IMG/VR virus record: IMGVR_UViG_3300013232_000047
Location: 56,023 to 120,022 of that record
Direction: 5' to 3' (one strand)
Source of the DNA: a virus
Length of the DNA stretch: 64,000 nt
The notes under the pieces were generated by a model. The model did not search any database. It was not told where the DNA came from and was given only the letters and a program-made list of their open reading frames with translations. Positions 7,275-16,895 of the stretch are shown here, in pieces. Both the position numbers and the translations under genes were made by a program. Position 1 is the stretch's first letter; each line of letters starts with the position of its first letter.

Positions 7275-7589
7275 ATGAACGCATCAATAAGTTTTCAGGA
7301 TTGTGAAAGAAAAAGTCCGCCCGTGAATTATCCGATCATGTTTCTGGACGCTAAACCGTCTGGGATTGATCTTAAATTCAGCAAAGAAACCGATCCACGC
7401 AGCCGTCGTCCTAACGTCTACACTGTTTCTTTGACGCCAGCTGTTAAGATGGGCGAGTGGAACAATGTCGAAGGCGACGAAGGCGACATTGAACAAGTGC
7501 AGTCTACAAAGCTTCCGCAAGGTACCCGAGTTGAAGGCATTTGGTGCGAAGCCGGGGAGCGACGCATCGTGGTGCTAGAATACGTTTGA
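7275..7589 (+). CDS. hypothetical protein
   Basis: 104-aa ORF preceded by GTTCTATTTAAG. Confidence 0.65.
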   Translation: MNASISFQDCERKSPPVNYPIMFLDAKPSGIDLKFSKETDPRSRRPNVYTVSLTPAVKMGEWNNVEGDEGDIEQVQSTKLPQGTRVEGIWCEAGERRIVVLEYV

Positions 7590-7594
7590 TTTTT

Positions 7595-7682
7595 GGAGGA
7601 TTGCTAGAGTACTAATAGGCCGACCTGCTAAGTCGAGGCCGTCGTAAAAGGCGCACAGGTGGAAATCCTGTATCCTCCGCCA
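7595..7682 (+). tRNA. tRNA-Ser(GCT)
   Basis: cgac-ctGCTaa-gtcg, long variable arm, G73, CCA. Confidence 0.85.
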
Positions 7683-7689
7683 TTTTAGT

Positions 7690-7767
7690 GGACCCGTAGC
7701 TCAATGTTTAGAGCACCAGACTCATAATCTGCGAGGTTGTGGGTGCGAATCTCCACCGGGTCCACCA
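7690..7767 (+). tRNA. tRNA(CAT), Ile2 or elongator Met
   Basis: ggacccg/cgggtcc, ctCATaa, CCA. Confidence 0.8.
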
Positions 7768-7769
7768 AC

Positions 7770-7854
7770 GGGCACGTGGCTAAGAGGGAATTAGCAGACC
7801 CCTGAGCTTGAGAAGTTCAGAACCTTGGGAGTGCGAGTCTCCCCGTGCCCACCA
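7770..7854 (+). tRNA. tRNA-Leu(GAG), atypical
   Basis: tgagc-ttGAGaa-gttca, expanded D region, short variable region, CCA. Confidence 0.7.
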
Positions 7855-7860
7855 ATTTTC

Positions 7861-7934
7861 GCCTTGCAAGCATTAAAGTGATGCAGCGCGCTTTTAACGC
7901 GCAGAACACGGAGCGTTACCGTGGCGGGGCACCA
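7861..7934 (+). tRNA. tRNA-Lys(TTT)
   Basis: gcgcg-ctTTTaa-cgcgc, CCA. Confidence 0.8.
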
Positions 7935-8391
7935 TTTCATAGTTCCAGACTCTGCTGTTTTCGGTTCCTTTTTTAGGGCTAACTTTTTCTCGGATTATTT
8001 CGTAAGAATACAGTTTGAGTGGCAACGACCATACGTGCGTTTTACATCTGTTGCAGTAGCAGCCGAACAGGACCCACGAAGGAGACCGGCGACGCCACAC
8101 ACCGCGTGGCTGATGAGGTGTAATGTAGCGAGGGTAAGTTATGATTTTGTCTAATTTGCTTTCGCAGTGAGCGCAAATTAGTTTCTTTTTCTGACGTTCC
8201 AGCCATCCACGTTTCCAGAGGCGCTGGGCGGTTGAAACGCTGCGGTCGATGGCAGTGCCCACTTGTTCCCAGCTCTGACCTCGTTCGCGAAGTTCACACA
8301 TTAACTCCCAGCGCCGGGCTGAGTTTCTCCTAGCCCATGACCCGGCGTGTAATCGAAAAAGTTCGCGTTTGCTTACGACATCTGCATTCAT
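7894..8391 (-). CDS. HTH + Zn-ribbon protein
   Basis: LRERGQSWEQVGTAIDRSVSTAQR HTH and two CxxC motifs; 3' end overlaps tRNA-Lys. Confidence 0.6.
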   Translation of the reverse strand: MNADVVSKRELFRLHAGSWARRNSARRWELMCELRERGQSWEQVGTAIDRSVSTAQRLWKRGWLERQKKKLICAHCESKLDKIITYPRYITPHQPRGVWRRRSPSWVLFGCYCNRCKTHVWSLPLKLYSYEIIREKVSPKKGTENSRVWNYEMVPRHGNAPCSAR

Positions 8392-8432
8392 ACTTAACTA
8401 AAGAACAAACACCCCGCCGTTGCGCAATATTT

Positions 8433-8981
8433 ATGAACATGCTGGAACAACCAGTTTTGGTGCTAAATGCCTATTGGCAACCATTGGATGAAATCACAGT
8501 AGAGGCTGCTTTGTGCAATCTGTGCAAAGGATCTCTGCGTGGTATCGACACGACAGCTATGCGTGCCGTCCTGTGGGCTGAATGGCTTACCCTCCCTATC
8601 AGATCGAATGACCAGTCTATTCGGTCTATTCGAGGTGTTGTGCGCATTCCACGTGTCACTGTGGCGTTTTACGAAGGGATGCCAGAGCGGATGCCACGAA
8701 CAATTGCGGAGCGTGACAACTACATTTGCGCCTACACAGGTGAGCATTGTCCGCCACATATCGGCTCGGTGGATCATATCGTGCCTCGGGATCAAGGAGG
8801 CTCCAATGACTGGATGAACAAAGTGTGGTCACGCCGGGATGTTAACAACAAGAAGAGCAACAGGACGCCTGCCGAGGCTGGTTTAAAGCTGCTTCGGCCA
8901 CCGCGTAAGCCTAAGCCTATCAAGGCATGCCTGAAGATTAAGGCAAAGCATCCGGAGTGGGCTTTGTTCACCTACGTTTGA
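8433..8981 (+). CDS. HNH endonuclease (McrA-like)
   Basis: VLVLNAYWQP...RDNYICAYTG...DHIVPRDQGG...NNKKSNRTPAEAGL. Confidence 0.88.
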   Translation: MNMLEQPVLVLNAYWQPLDEITVEAALCNLCKGSLRGIDTTAMRAVLWAEWLTLPIRSNDQSIRSIRGVVRIPRVTVAFYEGMPERMPRTIAERDNYICAYTGEHCPPHIGSVDHIVPRDQGGSNDWMNKVWSRRDVNNKKSNRTPAEAGLKLLRPPRKPKPIKACLKIKAKHPEWALFTYV

Positions 8982-9320
8982 CATGTAAACGTAAACACGC
9001 GCAAGTGGCACAAAAAGTCACTTGCGCGTTTCGTCTGTACACACTAGATTGTATACGTGGACATCAATGCAACATCTCGTGGTTGTCAGTGCGAGCTCTG
9101 CCACCCAAACTGGTATTTGGGATGGGATGGCGGCTTTACGCCTAATCAACCTGAAACTTTTCCTGTTTTAAAGCGGGAAGAGGAAGGGGACGAAGCGCTT
9201 GTTACCAGATCGGCTCAAATGAGTCCGGTAATGGCAAACTAAAAATCCGACCTCTTAGGCCGGGTGTGCTAGCAAGTGTGGGGGAACCTTTGTCTTTAAA
9301 CTACCTTTGATAGTTAAGGC

Positions 9321-9779
9321 ATGAGTAGCGAACAGATTGTCCGCCGTTTACTGGGCGAGAGTGACATGACTTTTACGACGCGGCTTAAGCAGCGCACAGA
9401 AGTCGATGTCTATCATAGCTCGGAGTGGGTGGACGGAAATGCTGAGGTATTAATCGAGTGGTCATTACAGCTGGACGTCCGCTCTTTCGGCATTAAATCC
9501 TTCGATGTAACTGTGAACAAGGTCACTGCTTACATGTGGCTTATAGACGAGCTGGATAGAGAGCATCAAGAGGTTATTACGGTTCCGTCTGTAGCACCTG
9601 AAGCACCTGCTGAGGGCGATATTCGCGGGGAGCTTTTGCACTATGGAAGACCGGACGATTATAAAATCGTAACCAAGTTTAATACGCGGGAGGCCGGTAG
9701 TAACGATTACATGTTGGGTGTGATGCCGCTCCACGCTGAGATTGATATGCGTAAACGGCGCATCGAAATTTCCTTTTGA
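9321..9779 (+). CDS. hypothetical late protein, putative internal head protein
   Basis: TAGTTA 10 nt upstream; N-terminus IVRRLLGES. Confidence 0.7.
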   Translation: MSSEQIVRRLLGESDMTFTTRLKQRTEVDVYHSSEWVDGNAEVLIEWSLQLDVRSFGIKSFDVTVNKVTAYMWLIDELDREHQEVITVPSVAPEAPAEGDIRGELLHYGRPDDYKIVTKFNTREAGSNDYMLGVMPLHAEIDMRKRRIEISF

Positions 9780-9811
9780 CAGAACAGGCGTTTGTATACA
9801 TACTGTGCGGC

Positions 9812-10111
9812 ATGACTGAAGCCGACCTGAACTACTGGAGAAATTGGAAACCGGATCAAGTAGCCATAGACTTTATGCTTGGGCTAATCAGCAGCTCAAA
9901 AGCGGGATGGAAGATACCCCGTAACGGAACTGTTTACAGATTTGATCGGGAACGAAAAGCCTTTGTGCTCATAGAGGGCCAGATTGATGGGCTGTTCTAT
10001 ATGAACAAGAAAGTACTGGAAGCAATCGGCTGGACGATCGAGGTAGATCCCCTCGCTGCGTTGTTATCTGTTGGTCACGGTAAAACACAAGCGGTTATCA
10101 CAATAGCATGA
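9812..10111 (+). CDS. hypothetical protein
   Basis: ATG follows the TTGACA-17-CATACT promoter at 9776. Confidence 0.65.
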   Translation: MTEADLNYWRNWKPDQVAIDFMLGLISSSKAGWKIPRNGTVYRFDRERKAFVLIEGQIDGLFYMNKKVLEAIGWTIEVDPLAALLSVGHGKTQAVITIA

Positions 10112-10326
10112 CCTATCGACTCGTAGACCGTTTCTTTTCACGTCTCTGGCGCAGGACCAAGCGCTATTCTGAAAAGGAATTGCGCTGGCAGGCGCGAAAG
10201 CACGGTCTCACGCTGCGCCTGAAAGGCGATACGATTGAACTGACACACCCGGCTACCAAGCAGGTTGTGGCTCATTTCAAAGGTAAAGAAGATTCTGTTC
10301 TAGTCCTTCCGTTTGGTACCCGATGA
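10108..10326 (+). CDS. hypothetical protein
   Basis: ATGA overlaps at both ends. Confidence 0.6.
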   Translation: MTYRLVDRFFSRLWRRTKRYSEKELRWQARKHGLTLRLKGDTIELTHPATKQVVAHFKGKEDSVLVLPFGTR

Positions 10327-10781
10327 AATTTTTAATTTTAGCCCTATTGATGTTGCTCGACCCTGTGTTGTACGCTCAGCCCTATCAGGAGAAGGTTGTG
10401 GCTGCTGTGCTGGTTGCTGAAGCTTCCAGCGAAGGCGTGCGTGGCATGAAAGCTGTAGCGGAGGTTATCCGGCAGCGATCTAGAGACACGAGTAAAACAC
10501 CTTTGCAGGTTGTGACCAAAGGTAACAGGCAACGACGAGCTTTCAGCTGTTTGAATGGCAAGACTCCTGACAGCCTTTACAGGCATTGGTGCCGGGATGA
10601 GAACTACGGCAACGCTTTGAAAATAGCTGCTACTCTCGTGCATAATCCACAAAGTCTTGGCAACAGTACCTATCAGGCTACGCATTATACGCGGAAACGA
10701 GAAAAGCCTTACTGGGCTAGAGGCAAGAAGCCTGTGGCTGTGATCGGCCAGCACGCTTTCTACAAGTTGAGCGACTATTGA
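10323..10781 (+). CDS. SleB-like cell wall hydrolase (Hydrolase_2) with signal peptide
   Basis: AEASSEG..GM.AVAEVIRQR, AFSCLN, ATHY, PYWA, IGQHAFY. Confidence 0.88.
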   Translation: MKFLILALLMLLDPVLYAQPYQEKVVAAVLVAEASSEGVRGMKAVAEVIRQRSRDTSKTPLQVVTKGNRQRRAFSCLNGKTPDSLYRHWCRDENYGNALKIAATLVHNPQSLGNSTYQATHYTRKREKPYWARGKKPVAVIGQHAFYKLSDY

Positions 10782-10825
10782 CTTTTAAGGTTGACAGCAG
10801 TCGTCAGTGTGTATACATTCTTGGG

Positions 10826-11392
10826 ATGGATAAGATTGAAATTGTGCGCGGTTTGATGATGCCTTTCTACCCCATGCTACCTTTGAATGGCCGTTCGATC
10901 CGAACTTCCAAGGCTGTCAACGAGCTCTATGCGGAGATTGAAGACGGTGAATGGATTTGCCAGCCGAATGTGAATGGCGATCGGGCCTGTATAGGCGTGC
11001 TCGATAAACAGGTCTATATTCAGGATCATCAAGGTGGATGGTACCCCCATTCGGTTAAAAATGTTTCAGTTTATGCCGGGCTGCCGAATAGGACGTGTTT
11101 GGATGGTGTAGTTTTCGAAGACAACTTTTACCCGTTTGAATGCTTGGCAGTGGGTGGTAACTTGTTTACGTTTTTTACCATAGATGAGCGGGAGACAGCG
11201 GCTTGTATGCTAATGCGACTTATTAACCAGCCGTGGATTTTTGATACACCTTCTAAAGAATGGCTGCTAAAGCGGCGTGCTAACTTGCCAAAGTTTGAAG
11301 GTGTGATACTGAAGCGATCCAACTCACCTTACGTGTTTCAGAACGGTCCTAACAAATCTAGTCCTGATTGGTTAAAGCGTAATTGGGATTAG
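10826..11392 (+). CDS. ATP-dependent ligase-like nucleotidyltransferase domain, motif-I Lys replaced
   Basis: QPNVNGDR, LDG, FEGVILKR, WLK motifs. Confidence 0.7.
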   Translation: MDKIEIVRGLMMPFYPMLPLNGRSIRTSKAVNELYAEIEDGEWICQPNVNGDRACIGVLDKQVYIQDHQGGWYPHSVKNVSVYAGLPNRTCLDGVVFEDNFYPFECLAVGGNLFTFFTIDERETAACMLMRLINQPWIFDTPSKEWLLKRRANLPKFEGVILKRSNSPYVFQNGPNKSSPDWLKRNWD

Positions 11393-11444
11393 TATGCTTA
11401 CTTATTTCGTATGGAGTACACCTGTTTTCTGTTCTTTAGGGTGT

Positions 11445-12467
11445 ATGACAAAAGAAGCGCCCGAAGGTCAAACGTATACAACTGGATACTACAACAGCAA
11501 AAGTTGGCCCATTCAGCTGGTGGTGTCGCGATACAACGTAACACTGTACTTGCCTCCCGGCGAGTTTTTGCGAGATAGACAAAAGCGCAAGATTAACGAC
11601 CCATTTTTCGAGGTCTACGTGAAAGGTGGCACGCTCGCCCGCGAAACTTCTGATAAGCCCGTTCCTATTTTGCATGTGCCAATCCCAACACCGGTGGTTG
11701 GTCCAGCCAACGATGGTCAGTCTGTGCGCTCGGTTACCGAATTTACGACAGATTCCAAAGGTCAAAAGCAGCCAGTCATACCGCAGCCTAAACCGTCTAC
11801 TGAGCAGTCTATCAACAAGCCAGCCTACGTTGGTATGTCCATGGATGAAGCAAAGAAGATGGGTTTGGTGCGTAAGGTTCGAGAAGTGCCGGAAGATTAC
11901 GGTGTACCGGACAACAGCTCAGCTACACCGCCTCGTACGCCTCCTCCTCTGCGCATTGCAATGGATACTGACCAGCCTGCGCGTCCCAGCGCTCCAGTTC
12001 TTCCGATTCAGCCTCCACCTCCACCTGCTGCTGTTCCTGTTGCCAAGACTGCTGCACGTAAGCAAATGCAAGAGCAACTAAGGAGAGGAGCCGTGGAGAC
12101 CAAGGAACTGGATAGTGAGACTGGGTTCATGAACGTCGCTATGCAGAACATTCCTGCGGGCGTGGGTTTCGCTCAACCTGAAATAGCTATGCAAGCTCAA
12201 GAGCAGGTGTTTGAAACGGATGCGTTGCCTACTCCAAATATCGGAGCTGACGAGGTTCTTCCAGTTCCGCAGGAAGATTCAGATACCGAAGAACAAGCTT
12301 CGATTCCTCAGCCAACAGTTAAGCCTGCTCGTGTTCCAGTTCGTGCTAACAAATTTGCTTGTATGGAATGTGGCCAGACCTTCAAGTTACGGCCTGAGCT
12401 GGTAGGGCACGCTAAACGCGAACACGCGGAACAGATCACCGCGATTCTAGCTCCCTATCCCGGTTAA
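11445..12467 (+). CDS. Pro-rich protein with C-terminal C2H2 zinc finger
   Basis: FACMECGQTFKLRPELVGHAKREH; GTTCTTT motif upstream of ATG 11445. Confidence 0.75.
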   Translation: MTKEAPEGQTYTTGYYNSKSWPIQLVVSRYNVTLYLPPGEFLRDRQKRKINDPFFEVYVKGGTLARETSDKPVPILHVPIPTPVVGPANDGQSVRSVTEFTTDSKGQKQPVIPQPKPSTEQSINKPAYVGMSMDEAKKMGLVRKVREVPEDYGVPDNSSATPPRTPPPLRIAMDTDQPARPSAPVLPIQPPPPPAAVPVAKTAARKQMQEQLRRGAVETKELDSETGFMNVAMQNIPAGVGFAQPEIAMQAQEQVFETDALPTPNIGADEVLPVPQEDSDTEEQASIPQPTVKPARVPVRANKFACMECGQTFKLRPELVGHAKREHAEQITAILAPYPG

Positions 12468-12518
12468 ACACGTGTAGCTTTTGTGTTGCTTAATCGGGTG
12501 CCTAATGTAAGATAAGAC

Positions 12519-13739
12519 ATGTCTGAAATTTACGGCAGGTTGACGGTACTAGAGCGAAAAGGAAGAAAATGCCGTTGTGTCTGTGCGTGTGGCAAACAGG
12601 TAGATAAGAACTGGTACGACGTCAAGAGGGGCGCGTCGCGCAGCTGCGGATGTCTGCGCGTGGAGGATCTTAAAGAACGCACTGTAAAGACAATAGAAAC
12701 CGGGACTATCTATGGCAGGCTGACGGTTGTTTCTTACGAGGGTAAGCGCTGCAAATGTCAGTGTGCGTGCGGAAATATAGTCAAGGTAGCTTCCACAAAA
12801 CTTCGAACCGGGCACACCCAGAGTTGCGGTTGTTATCAGAAAGATAGAGCGCGGGCAGCGGCGCTTAAAGTTGTGACTCCCGGCACGTGTTTTGACCGAT
12901 TGACTGTGCTCAGGCAAGAAGGGGAATACTGTGTTTGCCGTTGTGTCTGTGGGCAGGAGGTACGCGTAGAAACGAAGAAGCTGCGTATTGGTCACGTGCG
13001 CAGCTGCGGTTGTCTACGCGTAACGCAGGCACAGGTGATGACTCAAGCTAAAATGTTGCCAGCCGGGGAAACTGCGTTCAACAGCCTCTATGCGCAATAC
13101 CGGGTGCAAGCAAGTTTGAGACAGCATGTCTTTGAACTCACGCCGGACGACTTTAGAGCTCTGACTAAGCAGCCATGCTACTACTGCGGGGTTGAGCCCG
13201 CTCAAATCAAACGTACTCCCGGTTCTGCTGGAAACTATGTCTACAATGGCATTGATCGGCGCGACAACAATCTAGGCTACACTGTGCAAAACTGTGTTTC
13301 TGCTTGCTGGATGTGCAATGGTGCAAAGTCGGAAAAAAGTGAGAAAGAATTTTTGGAGTGGGTTGTACTTCTGGTAACGCCTCAGAAAGATTCACGATCT
13401 ACACCCGCACAGATGACGGTGCCTTATCGGAATTTGTACCGACGGTACGGGAATACCGCTAAGTCCAAGAATCTGGTATTTGAAATCGACCCAGCTCAGT
13501 TTCTGGATTTGGTTTCATCTCCTTGCCGGTACTGCGGTAGACCTGCTCATCGTAAAATCTCAGAATCGAAACCAGATTTGTACACGGGCATAGACAGGCT
13601 GGATAATCGTACAGGTTACGTCCTTAAAAATGTGGTACCCTGCTGTTGGGATTGCAATAACGCTAAAGGCTGCGGTAGCTTGGAGGATCTTAGAGCTTGG
13701 GCTGAACGTGTAGTTAAGTGGAAATATGCTTACAAGTAA
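12519..13739 (+). CDS. HNH homing endonuclease, three Cys-rich repeats plus two HNH domains
   Basis: 3x (G/D)RLTV...C.C.CG...SCGC; 2x GIDR.DN..GY...N.V..CW.CN.AK. Confidence 0.88.
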   Translation: MSEIYGRLTVLERKGRKCRCVCACGKQVDKNWYDVKRGASRSCGCLRVEDLKERTVKTIETGTIYGRLTVVSYEGKRCKCQCACGNIVKVASTKLRTGHTQSCGCYQKDRARAAALKVVTPGTCFDRLTVLRQEGEYCVCRCVCGQEVRVETKKLRIGHVRSCGCLRVTQAQVMTQAKMLPAGETAFNSLYAQYRVQASLRQHVFELTPDDFRALTKQPCYYCGVEPAQIKRTPGSAGNYVYNGIDRRDNNLGYTVQNCVSACWMCNGAKSEKSEKEFLEWVVLLVTPQKDSRSTPAQMTVPYRNLYRRYGNTAKSKNLVFEIDPAQFLDLVSSPCRYCGRPAHRKISESKPDLYTGIDRLDNRTGYVLKNVVPCCWDCNNAKGCGSLEDLRAWAERVVKWKYAYK

Positions 13740-14489
13740 TAGCAGTACGCCTGTAAAGACCAGTGCAGACAGCCCTGATACGCTGCCTATTAGAGGCTAC
13801 ACTTGCGACCAACTCTCAAATTACATAATACGGCAGCTCGGCGGGCCGGTGTGGAATGTCGAGCTGAGCAAGCAAATGATTTTGGACTGTATACAGGATT
13901 CATTGGGTTTGTACTCACAGTGGGTGCCTAACCTGAAAGTTGGCAATGTGGTGATGGTTCGCGGCCAGTTCAAATATCTTCAGGGACAGGACATGGGTCT
14001 AGGTATTATTCAAATAGACTTTGTCGAACCTAACCCTGTGCCAACTGAGATTTTTTATATGGGAACCTCATTAACCCGGCTCCCCTGTTTCGTACTGGAT
14101 TGGATGAGTACGATACTTTCCTTCGTTGGCGCAAAACTTGGGCACGTGTGACGAGTATACGGCCAGACTGGTTCTACGATGAGATGGAACAGGCGCTTTA
14201 CATCCACAATCCTATCGAGCGCTATCAGGCAGGCATTTACTGTTACTGGCCGCACGAGCGCACAGAGAACTTGACCTACACTGGAGCAGATTGGGTGAAG
14301 CGCTATGCGACGGCCAAAGCAAGGTTTTTACAGGGTGAACTTTGGTTGAAGTACTCTGGTGCTATTCCCGGCCCGGTTAAGGATATTCAGCTGGACGTGA
14401 GTAAGCGTGACAAAGCCCAAGAGGAAATGAATATGCTGATGGAGCAGCTCAAAGGTATGCAGCGCAGCGTCCCGGCTATGATTGACTAG
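13726..14489 (+). CDS. neck protein (T4 gp13-like), split by a frameshift near 14055
   Basis: YIIRQLGGPVWNVELSKQMILDCI and WVKRYATAKAR...KYSGAIPGP...PAMID halves; removing 2 nt at ttttatatggg gives FYGNLINPAPLFRTGLDE. Confidence 0.75.
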
Positions 14490-14498
14490 GCAGCCAAA

Positions 14499-14843
14499 AT
14501 GAACTCTTTGGTCCGAAAAGTCATGGGTGAAGCTTACAATTTTCCTGACTATGGTGAGCAGGAAAATCCGGAGCACTGGGCGGACGTATATCCTCAAGGA
14601 TTTGTGGCTATTCGTCCGGAGGACCCTACTGATAAAAGAGAGTTTAGATTCGAAGAAGAGCAGTATAAAGGCCGCGTCTCTCGGGGTTATTACCTCTCAG
14701 TGTTTTGGTCTGCTTATGGAAAATCGCGACAGCTCTTGCGAGGGATATGTCATGAGGTTGGATCTCCGGAACAGGCTAAAAGACTTGTAGCACGCGAGGT
14801 TAAGAAACACCAAGATCAAGGCTGGCAGATTAAAATGCTATGA
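14499..14843 (+). CDS. putative internal head protein
   Basis: N-terminus MNSLVRKVMGEA. Confidence 0.7.
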   Translation: MNSLVRKVMGEAYNFPDYGEQENPEHWADVYPQGFVAIRPEDPTDKREFRFEEEQYKGRVSRGYYLSVFWSAYGKSRQLLRGICHEVGSPEQAKRLVAREVKKHQDQGWQIKML

Positions 14844-15082
14844 ATCCATTAATTCGACGGATTATAGGCGAAAGTATCGACGAGAACGCCGTTATAAGAA
14901 AACAACGTTCCGAGGATTATTCCGTCTGTCCACATTGTCACAAAGAGATTTACGAGAAAAGCACTTATAGCGAGGACGGGGGCGCTACAATGCGTCACAA
15001 CTGCGGCGGCGTTGTTGAGTTCCCGAGTGCCCCACCGCCTAAAGGATTCGTGATTGGAGACACCACGGGTACGTCTCTATGA
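14840..15082 (+). CDS. putative internal head protein, Zn ribbon
   Basis: N-terminus MNPLIRRIIGES; CPHC. Confidence 0.7.
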   Translation: MNPLIRRIIGESIDENAVIRKQRSEDYSVCPHCHKEIYEKSTYSEDGGATMRHNCGGVVEFPSAPPPKGFVIGDTTGTSL

Positions 15083-15414
15083 ACCCGGTTGTCCGAAAAG
15101 TAATCGGTGAAGGTGCAGACGATTTCGATGCCAAGCAATACTTGATGTCCATGCCACAGGAGTATGACGGCTACAAGGTCCACATCAGTGCCGATCCTAT
15201 GTTTTGGAATGAAGCTAGCTGGGAACAGTGCCTGCTTTATGCCAAGAAAATGGCAGAGATGCTTACGTATCAGTTTCCCGGCATTGAAACAGACGTATCT
15301 CTTAATCCTAACACTTTTCCAAGCGGCGGAGAAGACGCTGAAGTGCTGGAACTGATAGACAGTTGGATTAATGACCATTTTGTTGAGGCAATCCGGGCTG
15401 TCGAGGGCAATTAA
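15079..15414 (+). CDS. putative internal head protein
   Basis: N-terminus MNPVVRKVIGEG. Confidence 0.7.
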   Translation: MNPVVRKVIGEGADDFDAKQYLMSMPQEYDGYKVHISADPMFWNEASWEQCLLYAKKMAEMLTYQFPGIETDVSLNPNTFPSGGEDAEVLELIDSWINDHFVEAIRAVEGN

Positions 15415-15467
15415 AAAATCCATTTTTTCTGGTTGACGACAATGTTGGCGTAGTCTACATTGTAGCC

Positions 15468-16886
15468 ATGAACTACATGCTTTACGAAGCCAACGTCGCT
15501 GGACTCATTGCTCGACTTGAAAAATTGAACAAGCGCTGCGCTCGTCTGGGTGTGGCTCCAATCACGTGGACTATCCTCGGCCACGAAGACGTGCCTGTGG
15601 ATGGCCAGCCCGGCAGGGTTGAGCGCAGAGTCAGCATTAGCGTGAACGGTGAAACGCCGAAGTTCAATGGTTGGTCTTTCATTGGCACGCTAAATCATAC
15701 GGTTGAAGGCAACGTTATTCGCGCCATTCCCGGCGTTGAGGTGCCTGTTCAGCTCCGTAACCGCCAGCCAGTGTGTGATCATTGCCAGTGTAACCGGAAT
15801 CGCCGGGACACCTACATCGTCCGTCACGATGACGGCACCCACAAACAGGTTGGATCGAGCTGCCTCAAAGACTTTCTAGGTCACACCGATCCATCCAAGC
15901 TTGCAGCGGCTGCTGAACTTATTTTGAACGCGTTTGAGGTCTGTTCCTCCCACACCGGTCGTTGTAATGGATCGGTCGATACCTACCGTATTGATCTGCC
16001 AGAATACCTGAACGCAGTCGCTACTGAAATCTTGCGTTCTGGTAGCTTCATTACGCGTAAGATGGCTAGAGAGAGTGCTACACCTCTTATACCTACAGCC
16101 GATACAGCCATGAACATGTTCAATACCTACCGTTTTCACCCTACCCATTGGACTGCGCAAGCTAAAAAGCTGGCTACAGACGCTCGTGAGTGGGCTATCA
16201 GCAAGTATGCGCCTCACTTGTGTGAAACAGGTAGTGACGCCGATTTCAAATCCGCTCTGCTCAACTTCGTGACGAATCGCAACGATAGCCTCAGTGACTT
16301 CGAGCATAACCTGCTCATTGTAGCTTCTTGCGAAGCCATCGAACCGAGAATGATTGGGGTCGCCGCCTACATCATTGAGGCTTATCGCCGTGCTCAGCCA
16401 AAGGCGCAGGCCACGCAGTTGAACACCGCCGGGCTGAGTGTCATTCTCGGCATGTTCAGTAAGGCCAAGGAAAATTTGAAGTTCCCGGCTATTCGCCTCA
16501 TGGACGATAGTCGTAACGAATACCAGCTTTCTCTCGCGGGCGCAGCCAGCAAGAATGCGGGTTGCATTTACGTCAAAGGTGAGAAAGTAGACAACGATGA
16601 AGAGGGTGCCACCCGGCCCTACCTTGGCAAAATTACTCCTCAAGGGCGTTTCTTCCCTGCCCAAGACTGTCCTCGCAACGTTGAAAGTGAGCTTCAGAAG
16701 TTTGCCGCCGATCCTGAAGGTCTGGCTACTAGATATGGGCGCATGACTGGTTGTTGCTGCTTCTGCGGACGCAAGCTCACAGATGCCCGGAGCACCGACG
16801 TCGGTTACGGTCCTACGTGTGCCGATAAATTTGGTTTAGACTGGGGTTCTAAGGCTATTGAGGCTCCTGCTGTGGTGGCTGCCTAA
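15468..16886 (+). CDS. early phage protein with C-terminal DUF6011-like Zn finger
   Basis: CDHC..NRNR, VGSSCLKDFLG, CCFCGRKLTDARS..VGYGPTCA; leaderless after TTGACG-17-TACATT. Confidence 0.8.
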   Translation: MNYMLYEANVAGLIARLEKLNKRCARLGVAPITWTILGHEDVPVDGQPGRVERRVSISVNGETPKFNGWSFIGTLNHTVEGNVIRAIPGVEVPVQLRNRQPVCDHCQCNRNRRDTYIVRHDDGTHKQVGSSCLKDFLGHTDPSKLAAAAELILNAFEVCSSHTGRCNGSVDTYRIDLPEYLNAVATEILRSGSFITRKMARESATPLIPTADTAMNMFNTYRFHPTHWTAQAKKLATDAREWAISKYAPHLCETGSDADFKSALLNFVTNRNDSLSDFEHNLLIVASCEAIEPRMIGVAAYIIEAYRRAQPKAQATQLNTAGLSVILGMFSKAKENLKFPAIRLMDDSRNEYQLSLAGAASKNAGCIYVKGEKVDNDEEGATRPYLGKITPQGRFFPAQDCPRNVESELQKFAADPEGLATRYGRMTGCCCFCGRKLTDARSTDVGYGPTCADKFGLDWGSKAIEAPAVVAA

Positions 16887-16895
16887 TTTTGAAGT

